A DNA stretch of 64,000 nt from NCBI GenBank assembly GCA_963837955.1, contig CAWIPH010000002.1:2784001-2848000 (forward strand). Reading direction: 5' to 3'. Source of the stretch: an uncultured Verrucomicrobiae bacterium. GTDB lineage: Bacteria > Verrucomicrobiota > Verrucomicrobiia > Chthoniobacterales > JAFAMB01. Shown in pieces: positions 28,533 to 38,236 of this stretch (position 1 is its first letter; each line of letters starts with the position of its first letter). The notes beneath the pieces were generated by a model. The model saw only the letters and a list, made by a program, of their open reading frames with translations, had not been told where the DNA came from and did no database searches. The position numbers and the translations under genes were made by a program.

Positions 28533-29633
28533 ATGATTAAACCAAAAATTCTGGTCACCGGTGCAACCGGAAAAACCGGGGGCGCGGTAGTCACTGAGCT
28601 ACTAGCGAAAGGTTGGCCCGTACGTGCCGCCGTCCGCGTACGTGATGCACGCAGCGATCGGCTCCAGCGCCGGGGCGCTGAGATCGTTGTGGTCGACATC
28701 TTTGATCCTAACCAACTGATGGACGCGATGCGCGGCGTGCAGCGCGCATATTATTGTCCGCCCTACCATCCGTTTGTGATCCAGAGTGCGTCGGCATTTG
28801 CCGTGGCAGCGCGTGAGACAGGTCTGGAACAGATCGTCGGGCTTTCGCAATGGCTCGCTGGACCTAACCATCCAGCGCTAATGACGCGCCAGCAGTGGCT
28901 TATCGACCGGATGTTCGCTGCGCTGCCCAACATCGCGCACACCGCCGTTACTCCCGGTTTCTTCGCTGATAGTCCATTTCTCGAGATGATGCCCATAGCG
29001 GCGCATCTCGGGATCTTGCCGCTGCCAGTCGCCGGAGAGAGCCGGAACGCCCCGCCCTCGGTTGACGATATCGCCCGCGTTGCGGTCGCCGCGCTCCTGG
29101 ATCCAGCACGCCACGCGGGCAAGAGCTACCGGCCGACTGGGCCGAAGCTCCTCACCGTTACTGAAATGGCGGCGATCATCGGCCGCGTCGTCGGCCACAA
29201 AGTGCGGCATGTCAGGACACGGCTCGGGATCTTTTACAAGGCAGCCAAGGCACAAGGTAAACAACCTATTCTGCTCAGCGGATTAAAACATTACTTTCAA
29301 GACCAGGACCGCGGCGCGTTCGCGATCGGTGCACCCAACGATACCGTACGCGAGCTCACCGGAAAAGACGCCGAGGACTTCGAGACGGTCGCACGTCGTC
29401 ACGCGGCATTGCCGGAATCGCGCCAGAGTCTGCGTGTGCGGCTCGCTGTCCTGGCGCGCTTCCTAACGGTACCGATACTGCCGGGGTTCAATCCCGAGAC
29501 CTACGACCGGGCACAAGAGCAGCCGATGCCGCCGACGCCGCATCTTGCGCTCGATGACGCCGGCTGGGCGGCGAGCCACGGCATCGAGGGCTTAGTTGTA
29601 GAGGGCGGTACGTTGAAGGAAGCGCTCGCCTGA
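28533..29633 (+). CDS. NmrA-family NAD(P)-binding protein
   Basis: ILVTGATGKTG Rossmann motif, atypical SDR layout. Confidence 0.88.
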   Translation: MIKPKILVTGATGKTGGAVVTELLAKGWPVRAAVRVRDARSDRLQRRGAEIVVVDIFDPNQLMDAMRGVQRAYYCPPYHPFVIQSASAFAVAARETGLEQIVGLSQWLAGPNHPALMTRQQWLIDRMFAALPNIAHTAVTPGFFADSPFLEMMPIAAHLGILPLPVAGESRNAPPSVDDIARVAVAALLDPARHAGKSYRPTGPKLLTVTEMAAIIGRVVGHKVRHVRTRLGIFYKAAKAQGKQPILLSGLKHYFQDQDRGAFAIGAPNDTVRELTGKDAEDFETVARRHAALPESRQSLRVRLAVLARFLTVPILPGFNPETYDRAQEQPMPPTPHLALDDAGWAASHGIEGLVVEGGTLKEALA

Positions 29634-29705
29634 GGTGGCGAAGACCGCACACCGCACAAATAGCAGATACCAAATTCACTACTTCATCATCTAGAAAGCA
29701 CAACC

Positions 29706-30542
29706 ATGAACGAGTTATCTAAACTAACCAGACAGCACTACGAAAAGAACGAAACCGAGGCCAGCCTGCTCTCGAAAGTCACTAAAATCCTGGAATCTCT
29801 ACCGGATGGATCGGTCGACTCTTCGCAGCTTGCTGGCTTGGACCAATTTCATGTCATGGGACTCGCAGCGACCGAACAGCTTGCGCAGATGGCGGCGATT
29901 GAACGGGGATCGGCCATCCTTGACGCCGGATCGGGTCTGGGAGGCCCATCGCGTTATCTCGCTGGCACCTACGGCTGTCGTGTTATCGGCGTGGACCTTT
30001 CGCCGTCGTTTGTTGCCGTAGCACAGCTGCTCGCGCAAAAAGCCGGTTTGCTCGACTGGGTCAACTACGAGACCGGTGACCTCTTGGCTCTGTCTTTTCC
30101 TGACAGCAGCTTCGACGTGGTGTGGACTCAGCATGTCGTCATGAATATTCCAGACCGAGAGCGAGTCTACCGTGAGTTCAGGCGCATCCTGAGGCCCGGG
30201 GGCAAGCTTGCTTTTTTTGATGTACTGGCTGCCGACGCTAATCTGGAGCTGCACTTTCCGGTGCCATGGGCCGAAAGTAGCGAGACAAGCTTCTTGCTTA
30301 CCCAGGACGAAACCAGCTCCGTTCTGGTGACAGCCGGCTTTACTATCACCGCATGGAACGATGTGACCAAGGAAGCGCTTAAATGGATCGTCCAACAAAA
30401 GCCGCCTACTCAAGGATTTAATCTCGGGGTCGTTATGGGCCCGCGGTTCGCTGAAATGTCGGCCAACTTAGCTCGAAACCTTCGAGAAGGACGTGTTTGC
30501 TTGGTTATGGGTGTCTGCACAGCGGCCAGTACCCGGAGCTGA
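29706..30542 (+). CDS. Class I SAM-dependent methyltransferase
   Basis: DQFH, ILDAGSGLGG, FDVVWTQHVVMNI, PVPWA. Confidence 0.9.
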   Translation: MNELSKLTRQHYEKNETEASLLSKVTKILESLPDGSVDSSQLAGLDQFHVMGLAATEQLAQMAAIERGSAILDAGSGLGGPSRYLAGTYGCRVIGVDLSPSFVAVAQLLAQKAGLLDWVNYETGDLLALSFPDSSFDVVWTQHVVMNIPDRERVYREFRRILRPGGKLAFFDVLAADANLELHFPVPWAESSETSFLLTQDETSSVLVTAGFTITAWNDVTKEALKWIVQQKPPTQGFNLGVVMGPRFAEMSANLARNLREGRVCLVMGVCTAASTRS

Positions 30543-30583
30543 GCAGTCAAAAAGGCGCGACTATTCTAGCAACCTCAAGCACA

Positions 30584-30886
30584 ATGAATGGCCTTCCGTT
30601 ATTCGGGCTCAGTGTCCTGATGAGTTTTGTTGCCTTTGGCATCGTCACTAAGATTTATATCTGGCCCCGGCTCCGAATGGCGCAACGATCAGAAGCGCTT
30701 ATCGCATTGGCGGTTCCCCACACGTTCCGATTCATCGGGCTTAGCTTTTTGATTCCCGGAGTTGTATCACCGTCGCTGCCATCGGATTTTTCTTTTCCGG
30801 CGGCCTATGGCGATCTCTTCGCCGTCGGAAAAGCCGTGTTCGCAGAACAAAGTAAAGGCTGCTTCGAGCATGCGTTCACGAGTTGA
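30584..30886 (+). pseudogene. Truncated membrane protein, distant relative of 31090-31800
   Basis: PHTFRFIGLSFL...FPAAYGDLFA resembles IQTFRVLGGVF...IPAGVGDVLT, then hydrophobicity stops abruptly. Confidence 0.6.
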
Positions 30887-30964
30887 TTCGTTCTGGCGCT
30901 TGGGCTCGGTGGAATCCGATTTTTCCGCGGTCTTAAGCTTCATAACAAAAAACTGCTTGCATTA

Positions 30965-31013
30965 GGTACGATATCGTACCATGTAATGGCTAGTGACGGT
31001 ACTGTATCGTACC
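30965..31013. promoter_or_regulatory. Second pair of TetR operators
   Basis: GGTACGATATCGTACC (30965-30980, identical to 28485-28500) and GGTACTGTATCGTACC (30998-31013). Confidence 0.8.
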
Positions 31014-31089
31014 AAGGTCACTATAAGTCATACCTGCCAACTATGCTAACTAAGAACTTGTCTGTTTCGCTCTCGAAAGGAGCTATCCC

Positions 31090-31800
31090 ATGACTCTCAT
31101 CGTCTTCCAGGTAATCACTCAAACTATCTCTTCTACGTTGCACTGGTTCGGGCTCTGTTTCGGCATCAGGACCTGGGCCGGCCCGAACCCGCGCCGATGG
31201 CCATGGCTCGTCGGTACCACCATCGTGTCGGCGGCTTGGCTCCTCGCGATCATGTTGCTCGCTGCCAACAATTTTTTCGGTAATGACGGCCTACCGCCCC
31301 GGATTCCCATGGCCATGGTATTAACCCTGGCTTTTGGGTACCTTCTTCTGCTTTCGACCTCATTTCGCGGCATCATCGCAGCCATTCCCCAGCATTGGTT
31401 GATCGGGATCCAGACCTTCCGCGTTCTCGGCGGCGTATTCATCGTGCGGTATCTTCAGGGCGAAATGCCAGGGTTCTTTGCGATACCGGCCGGGGTCGGT
31501 GATGTCTTGACCGGGATCTTCGCACCTCTCGTCGCTTACTGGTTGTATTCAGGAAAGAGTTACGGGCGCGGCGCTGCCATCGCTTGGAACCTGTTCGGTA
31601 TGGCCGACCTGGTTGATGCAGTGGCGATCGGCGTGACTACTGGGGGACCCGGCCTCATATTCCCCTTGGTGTTAATACCGATCTACGCAGTGCCACGGGC
31701 ATTCCTCATCCACTCCTATTCACTCATTGGGCTTCTCCGGAAAACGTCTCAGCAGCTGCAGTCGCGAGAAGCGCTCCATTACGGTGCCGACGTAGCCTAG
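31090..31800 (+). CDS. Integral membrane protein of unknown function
   Basis: About 7 hydrophobic segments; AAGGAG RBS. Confidence 0.8.
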   Translation: MTLIVFQVITQTISSTLHWFGLCFGIRTWAGPNPRRWPWLVGTTIVSAAWLLAIMLLAANNFFGNDGLPPRIPMAMVLTLAFGYLLLLSTSFRGIIAAIPQHWLIGIQTFRVLGGVFIVRYLQGEMPGFFAIPAGVGDVLTGIFAPLVAYWLYSGKSYGRGAAIAWNLFGMADLVDAVAIGVTTGGPGLIFPLVLIPIYAVPRAFLIHSYSLIGLLRKTSQQLQSREALHYGADVA

Positions 31801-31882
31801 CCAAAATAGAAACAAACATCCCAATGAGCGTAATTGACACCCTGACCCAGCGTGACGAAGCCTTCGCCAGCAGTCGCTTCTC

Positions 31883-32881
31883 CTAGGTAGCGGTTCTGTT
31901 TTTTCGAATCCGATCAATCCAAACGGCCAGAACAATCAAAGCACCAATGGCAATCTGCAGCGTGAACGCGTCGATGCCCAACAGGTTGCCCCCGCTCGCG
32001 ATGGTGGTCATGATCAGGGCGCCGAGGACCGAGCCTAAGATCGTTCCTTGCGCGCCGCTCAGGCTGGCGCCGCCAATGACGGCTGCGGCGATAGCGTATA
32101 ACTCATAAGTGCTTCCTGCGGTCGGCGCAGCCATACGCACCCGAGCAGTCAATACCACGCCGGCTATACCGGCCATCATCCCGCTGATCCCGTAGGCAAG
32201 ATATAAGTTTGCTCGGAGGCTAATGCCGCTTAACCGAGCCACTTCGGGGCTGGAGCCAATCGCGTAAACGTTCCGACCAAATCGGGTGCGATTGAGCACG
32301 ACCGTTAGAACGACGGCGAGAATTGCCCACACCCAAAACTGCGAAGGCATGCCGAAGTAATCGGCATTGCCGAATCGTAGGAACCCTTCCGGTAAGCCGG
32401 AAATCGTTCTCGCGTTCGTGAGGAGTTGGACCAATCCACGAACCATGGTCATTGACCCAAGAGTCGCGATGAATGGAGCAATCCCGCCTTCGTGGATCAT
32501 TACTCCATTCCCTACGCCCACCAGGAAGCAGGCACCGACTGCGACGATAGCGGCTAACCAGGGTGCAATCCCGCTGGTCATCAGCATCCCGACTATCATT
32601 CCGGCTAAACCGACAACCGATCCGACCGAAAGATCGATCCCGCCGGTGATAATGACTACAGTCATTCCCAGCGCGATGATTCCGTTAATTGCCGATTGCT
32701 TAACTAGATTCGAGAGATTTCCGGACGTCAGAAATACCGGGGTGGCAAAAGTCAAAAAAATACACAGCACCATGAGGATCGACGCCAAAGTCACCTCGGT
32801 TCCATATCGTTGGAGAATCGATCCTCGCCTTGGGCGGCGGGCAAATTCCGGTTTCGTTAGTGGAGCGGTCGCCATAGCCAC
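31883..32881 (-). CDS. Monosaccharide ABC permease (RbsC-like)
   Basis: GGIDLSVGS, PFIATLG, YELYAIAAAVIGGASLSG. Confidence 0.93.
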   Translation of the reverse strand: MAMATAPLTKPEFARRPRRGSILQRYGTEVTLASILMVLCIFLTFATPVFLTSGNLSNLVKQSAINGIIALGMTVVIITGGIDLSVGSVVGLAGMIVGMLMTSGIAPWLAAIVAVGACFLVGVGNGVMIHEGGIAPFIATLGSMTMVRGLVQLLTNARTISGLPEGFLRFGNADYFGMPSQFWVWAILAVVLTVVLNRTRFGRNVYAIGSSPEVARLSGISLRANLYLAYGISGMMAGIAGVVLTARVRMAAPTAGSTYELYAIAAAVIGGASLSGAQGTILGSVLGALIMTTIASGGNLLGIDAFTLQIAIGALIVLAVWIDRIRKNRTAT

Positions 32882-34401
32882 TAAACCATCGCTTGTTCGG
32901 ACGAGGCGCTAGCCGATTTCTCGAGACCCGATGCCATCCGAAGTAATTTTTCTTCGGTCGCGTCTTCATGATCGACGATACCCATCGATTTTCCTTCTCT
33001 CATGACCAAGATGCGATCTGCAATCGCGATCACTTCGGGTAGATAGGACGAGATCATGATGATTGTCTTTCCATCATCTACTAACTTTTGTAGCAAATTA
33101 TATATCTCAAGGCGCGCGCCAACGTCGACTCCGATGGTCGGTTCATCGAACAACAAAATCTGCGGTTCGATTGAAAGCCATTTCCCGATCACTACCTTTT
33201 GTTGATTACCGCCGCTCAGGTTGGCAACCTTTTGATACGGTGAGCTCGCCTTGATGTTAAGCGCCTGCATAAATCGCGATGTTGTCTCGCGCTCGACGCC
33301 CTCCCGAAGGAAACCAAACCGTGTGCTTTGGCGACGATGAATCAGATTGAGATTTGTTCGGACATCGAGCGGAAGTGCCAAGGACTGTTGCTTCCGGTCT
33401 TCACACACCAGTCCAAACCCTCGCTTGATCATATTCATCGGACTGCGCGGACGAATAGGTTTGCCGTTTAACAAAATCTCGCCCCTATCGTACCCGTCCG
33501 CGCCAAACAACGCATGCATCAACTGCGATCGTCCGGCCCCGACGAGTCCGTAAATTCCGAAAATTTCGCCACGAGCCACCGAAAAGCTAATATCGGCAAA
33601 ATGCCGAGCCGACGAAAGATGTTTTACTTCCAGAACGTTCTCACCCAGGCGAGAGCTTCGGGTCGGAAACGCATCTTCGACATTCCGACCGACCATCAAC
33701 GAAACAAGCTGATCCTTGTTGGTCTCGGCAATCGGCAACGTGGCGACATAGCGTCCGTCCTTCAGCACGGTCACCCGATCACAGATCGAAAAGATCTCTT
33801 CCATTCGATGCGAAATATAAACAATTGATTTACCCTCTCGCCTCAGCCGACGGATAATTTCAAAAAGCATATCCGTCTCCGCGGTAGTAAGGAGAGCGGT
33901 TGGTTCATCGAAGATAATCAGGCGTGCTCCTTGCCAAACCACCTTGGCGATCGCGACGAGCTGCTGCCGGGCGATCGTCAGCTCGGAAACTAAGTGCCGC
34001 GAATCAACCGCTATGCCAAGACCGGCCAAAAATTCGTCCGTTTTTCTAAAGACGAGATTCCAGTCAACTAGTCCTCCTTTCAAAGGAAGGGATCCCATGA
34101 AAAAATTTTCACCAACACTGAGATGGCGCGCCAACATGACGTCCTGATAGACCGCGGCCAGTCCCAGTTCTTTGGCCTTCGATGGACTTCGAATATCTTG
34201 TTCAACACTATCGATCACAATCGATCCGATATCCTTGTGGTAAACGCCCATCAGGATCTTGATTAGCGTCGATTTCCCGGCGCCGTTCTCGCCTACCAAA
34301 GCGTGGACTTCGCCCGGCAACACCTCGAAGTGGACAGCCGAAAGCGCTCGGACACCGCCAAAGTTCTTACTCAGATTTTCAATCTTGATGAGAGGTGACA
34401 T
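32881..34401 (-). CDS. Monosaccharide ABC ATPase (RbsA-like, tandem NBD)
   Basis: GENGAGKST, DEPT, LSGGNQQK. Confidence 0.94.
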   Translation of the reverse strand: MSPLIKIENLSKNFGGVRALSAVHFEVLPGEVHALVGENGAGKSTLIKILMGVYHKDIGSIVIDSVEQDIRSPSKAKELGLAAVYQDVMLARHLSVGENFFMGSLPLKGGLVDWNLVFRKTDEFLAGLGIAVDSRHLVSELTIARQQLVAIAKVVWQGARLIIFDEPTALLTTAETDMLFEIIRRLRREGKSIVYISHRMEEIFSICDRVTVLKDGRYVATLPIAETNKDQLVSLMVGRNVEDAFPTRSSRLGENVLEVKHLSSARHFADISFSVARGEIFGIYGLVGAGRSQLMHALFGADGYDRGEILLNGKPIRPRSPMNMIKRGFGLVCEDRKQQSLALPLDVRTNLNLIHRRQSTRFGFLREGVERETTSRFMQALNIKASSPYQKVANLSGGNQQKVVIGKWLSIEPQILLFDEPTIGVDVGARLEIYNLLQKLVDDGKTIIMISSYLPEVIAIADRILVMREGKSMGIVDHEDATEEKLLRMASGLEKSASASSEQAMV

Positions 34402-34420
34402 AGGGTCACGACCTATAGAC

Positions 34421-34474
34421 GGGGAGGGCGCACGTCCTCGTGCGCCGCGGATCGCGAGGACGCGATCCCTCCCC
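34421..34474. repeat. REP-like palindromic element
   Basis: GGGGAGGG-CGCACGTCCTCGTGCG-ccgcgg-ATCGCGAGGACGCGAT-CCCTCCCC. Confidence 0.75.
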
Positions 34475-34480
34475 TATTGG

Positions 34481-35459
34481 CTACTTCTTCCGGCTGAGCG
34501 GATTCAACAGCCCTTTCATGTCGGGCTCGTCCATATTCTTTTTAGTTACGGCGTAAGCAAGAGTATCCGTATACTCAGGCAGCTGCTTCTTATCGACCGC
34601 TTGAACGACGTAGTCGAGACCTTTGTACCCCATTTGATACGGATCCTGTAAAATCAGTGCGTAAAGCACACCCGCCTCCAGAGCTTTCACCTCCTCCGGG
34701 TCTGAATCGAACGCAACTGCCGCGACCTTTCCAGTATGGCCGCTGTCCCGCAGCGCCACAGCTACCCCGTCACCAGTATGATTGTTATCGGCAAAGAACC
34801 CAAGGAGATCGGGGTTCGCTAATAGCAGATCGTTGGCGGACGAGATCGCTTTTTGGATGTCGTTGTCAACGTAGCGAACCGGAAGAATCTTCAATTCCGG
34901 AGCAATTTCAGCGAGGGCGCTTGGTGAAACCATCGTCCCGCTTGGTCAGAACCTCGATTCCAGCGTAGGCGCTGATTAAGGCTATCTTTCCTTTAGGTTC
35001 TTTGCCTAACGCCTTGATTGCTTCGACCAATTTGTCGGCCGCTAAGGCTCCCCCTTTTAGGTTGTCGGTAGCCAAGTGGGCAGCCGGCTTTTTCGAATTC
35101 ACGCGATTATCGACCGTGACGACCGGGATCCCTTTTTGTACGGCATCCTCGATCGCCGGAACCGAAGCGTCAGAACTGGTCGGAGCGATCAAAATGCCAT
35201 CTGGCTTCCGCGAGACGATATTCTCAAGTATCGCCACCTGCTTGTCGACGTCAGCCTCCGAAGCCGGACCATCCACGGTAATCTTCACGTCAGGATGTTC
35301 CTTCGCGTAGTTCTGGGAACCGACAACCATGTATTGCCAGAAATCGGAGTCGGTTGCTTTGATGATAACTGCGATATTGAGCGTCTTGGACTGGGCTAGG
35401 GTTAGACTGACGCAGAGGCTGAGACTAAGGAGGAATAGGGTGCTATATCGGTTTTTCAT
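34481..35459 (-). pseudogene. Sugar ABC substrate-binding protein, frameshifted at 34915-34917
   Basis: Two ORFs; removing one base from the GGG run gives RDDGFTKRLAEIAPELK, a continuous RbsB-like protein. Confidence 0.85.
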
Positions 35460-35541
35460 TATGTCTGGGGTTATACGGTAGTTAAACTACGGGAATCGGA
35501 GAGATGCGTGCCATCTTCACCGGAAGATTGTCATTTCGATT

Positions 35542-37941
35542 CTACTCGCCGTAAGGAACCCAGATATTTTTCACCTGGGCGGCGTGTCGAAGATATTCTT
35601 TGCCCTGCGCCTGTTGATCATCGAACCAATCGCGGCGTTTGCCAAAACTCACCCATGTTGCCTTAAGATTTCCGGAAGAGTCTCGCTCAATTTTCTCACT
35701 CAGCTCTTTCGACCCGATGCACCACACGGCCGCCACATCATCATGTTGAGCAAGCACCCGCCCAAGTTCATTGGGGTCGCCGGTTACTAGATTGATCACT
35801 CCTCCCGGCACATCGCTGGTGTCCAATACCTGATAAAGATCCGTTGCGAGGAGCGGATATCGCCAAGATGGAATAACAATCGTCCGATTGCCTAATGCGA
35901 CAGGTGGCGCGACGAGCGAGATGAAGCTCAGTAGCGGATTCTCTGGTGGGCAAACGATGCCGAGAACGCCCCATGGTTCAGGCATTGCGAGCGTGACGTT
36001 ACGGAACGGCACCGCGTGCACCTGCCCATCGTACTTATCGGCCCAGGCCGCATAATAAAAAAGGCGCTCGATCGATTTGCCAACTTCGCGCTCCGCCTGC
36101 TCGCGCGAGTGTCCGGCACTGACTGCCAGCCTATCCTCAAATTCTCGCACGCGGCTCGAGAGATTTTCTGCAAGATAATAGAGAACTTGGGCTCGAAAGT
36201 GAGCAGGCGCGCGTGACCAACTCGCCGCTTTATGCGCAGCTTCCACGGCGTTACGGATATCTTTTCGATTTCCTAGTCCTACTTCCCCGCAATAGTTTCC
36301 CGAACTGTCCTTGACCGAGAAGCTGTATCCGCTGTCGGGCCGTACCTGCTTTCCCCCGATATACAATTTTGGGGTTCGATCGATTCCCGTTCCGGATGCC
36401 GTCTCAACGAGACCTGCCGAAGGCCCGGGAGTTAGCTCAATCTCGGACTCGTCCGCCGGCCCAGCCTGTTTCTCCCAGCTTGGCACTAAATATTCATACA
36501 TCCCTTCCTTGCCTCCCTCCCGGCCGAATCCGCTTTCTCGATAGCCGCCAAAGCCGGATGCAGCATCGAACATATTTGTCGAGTTCACCCAGACAACCCC
36601 AGCCTTTAGCTTTGGCGCGATATCTAGTGCCAAGTTTACATTCTCAGTCCAGACCGATGCCGCCAAGCCATAGACCGTGTTGTTGGCCAGCTCAATCGCC
36701 TCTGACGGCGTACGAAAACTCATACTGACCAGGACCGGACCAAAAATTTCGACTTGAGCGATCTGTGACGCCGGCTCGACATTCGTGAATAATGTGGGCG
36801 GATAAAAATACCCTTCCTGAGGAACTGCCCAACTTGGCTGCCAACAGGTCGCCCCTTCGGCCTTTCCCTGCTCGACCAGTTTCTCAATTCTTTGCAGTTG
36901 GACCGGAGCCACGATTGCACCGATGTCGATCGCTTTATCCAGTGGATCGCCCACTCGCAAATTCTCCATTCGGGCACGCAGCTTTTGTTCGAGGCGCTCG
37001 GCAATACCCTCCTGCACTAACAACCGACTACCGGCACAACACACTTGTCCCTGATTAAACCAGATAGCGTCCACGACGCCTTCGACGACGCTGTCCAGGT
37101 CGGCATCGTCGAACACGATAAACGGCGATTTACCGCCCAACTCCAGGGAGAGCTTCTTACCGGTCCCTGCGGTCGCTTTCCGGATGATGCGTCCAACCTC
37201 CGTAGATCCAGTGAACGCCAATTTTTGAATTCCCGGATGGTTCACCAGCAGTTCACCGGTAGTACCATCGCCGGTAATAATATTAACCACTCCGGCCGGT
37301 AAATGTATTTGCTGGAGAACCTCGGCGAAAAGCAGAGCAGTCAACGAAGTAAATTCGGCCGGCTTTAACACGACCGTGTTACCCGCCGCTAACGCCGGTG
37401 CTATCTTCCAGGCCAGCATCAACAACGGAAAGTTCCACGGGATAATTTGACCGCAGACACCAATTGATTCGTATCCGGGAAACTCCTCGGCCACCAATTG
37501 GGCCCAACCTGCATGATAGTAAAAATGACGCGCGACAAGCGGGATATCGATGTCACGTGATTCGCGGATCGGTTTCCCATTGTCGAGCGTCTCTAAGACA
37601 GCGAATAGCCGGGAATGTTTCTGAATCTGTCGCGCGATAGCGTAAAGGTAGCGCGCCCGAACATGGCCGGTGAGGCCTGACCACTCAGGGAATGCTGTTC
37701 CGGCTGCCGCGACTGCTGCGTCTACTTCGGCTTTACCACATTGAGTGAGAGTCGCTATCGGTTGCCCGTTGCGCGGATTGATGCTTACAAACGTCTTCGC
37801 GTCCGGCGCATCTCGAAAGCGGCCGTTGATGAATGGGCGAAAGCTGTTTTGATGTTTCTTTAACCAATCCAAGGCTAGATCAGGCGCCTCCGGTGCGGGG
37901 CCGTATTCCATCGTTTCAAAAATTTCGCGAACAGTGCTCAT
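35542..37941 (-). CDS. Two-module aldehyde dehydrogenase (ALDH16-like)
   Basis: IPWNFP, FTGSTEVG, LELGGKS, GQVCCAG; second Rossmann-like module at the C-terminus; 799 aa. Confidence 0.92.
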   Translation of the reverse strand: MSTVREIFETMEYGPAPEAPDLALDWLKKHQNSFRPFINGRFRDAPDAKTFVSINPRNGQPIATLTQCGKAEVDAAVAAAGTAFPEWSGLTGHVRARYLYAIARQIQKHSRLFAVLETLDNGKPIRESRDIDIPLVARHFYYHAGWAQLVAEEFPGYESIGVCGQIIPWNFPLLMLAWKIAPALAAGNTVVLKPAEFTSLTALLFAEVLQQIHLPAGVVNIITGDGTTGELLVNHPGIQKLAFTGSTEVGRIIRKATAGTGKKLSLELGGKSPFIVFDDADLDSVVEGVVDAIWFNQGQVCCAGSRLLVQEGIAERLEQKLRARMENLRVGDPLDKAIDIGAIVAPVQLQRIEKLVEQGKAEGATCWQPSWAVPQEGYFYPPTLFTNVEPASQIAQVEIFGPVLVSMSFRTPSEAIELANNTVYGLAASVWTENVNLALDIAPKLKAGVVWVNSTNMFDAASGFGGYRESGFGREGGKEGMYEYLVPSWEKQAGPADESEIELTPGPSAGLVETASGTGIDRTPKLYIGGKQVRPDSGYSFSVKDSSGNYCGEVGLGNRKDIRNAVEAAHKAASWSRAPAHFRAQVLYYLAENLSSRVREFEDRLAVSAGHSREQAEREVGKSIERLFYYAAWADKYDGQVHAVPFRNVTLAMPEPWGVLGIVCPPENPLLSFISLVAPPVALGNRTIVIPSWRYPLLATDLYQVLDTSDVPGGVINLVTGDPNELGRVLAQHDDVAAVWCIGSKELSEKIERDSSGNLKATWVSFGKRRDWFDDQQAQGKEYLRHAAQVKNIWVPYGE

Positions 37942-38234
37942 AGTTTTATAACGCCGGGAACGCCGACAGCGCCGACAGCGCCGACAATGTCATGAACGCT
38001 GAGAACGGGATCAACATTGAGGAGGTCATGTGCTGTACACGGGCGTCGTAAGCAACTCCCCTCGGCGATCAACGATCGATTCCGCAAAAGATCGTTAAAC
38101 GCATGACCCCCGCCGTTGTCACCGCTGCTAGCGTTCCCGGCGTTCCCGGCGTTCCCGGCGTTCCCGGCGTTCCCGGCGTTCCCGGCGTTCCCGGCGTTCC
38201 CGGCGTTCCCGGCGTTTCTGTTTTCGCCTTTCAT
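37938..38234 (-). CDS. Possible repeat-derived 98-aa ORF (NAG x9)
   Basis: Starts 2 nt after deoC stop, stop overlaps ALDH ATG; low complexity. Confidence 0.3.
   Translation of the reverse strand: MKGENRNAGNAGNAGNAGNAGNAGNAGNAGNAGNASSGDNGGGHAFNDLLRNRSLIAEGSCLRRPCTAHDLLNVDPVLSVHDIVGAVGAVGVPGVIKL
38131..38216. repeat. Perfect nonamer tandem repeat (GCGTTCCCG)x9.5
   Basis: Read directly; degenerate inverted partner at about 37950-38008. Confidence 0.95.
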
Positions 38235-38236
38235 AG

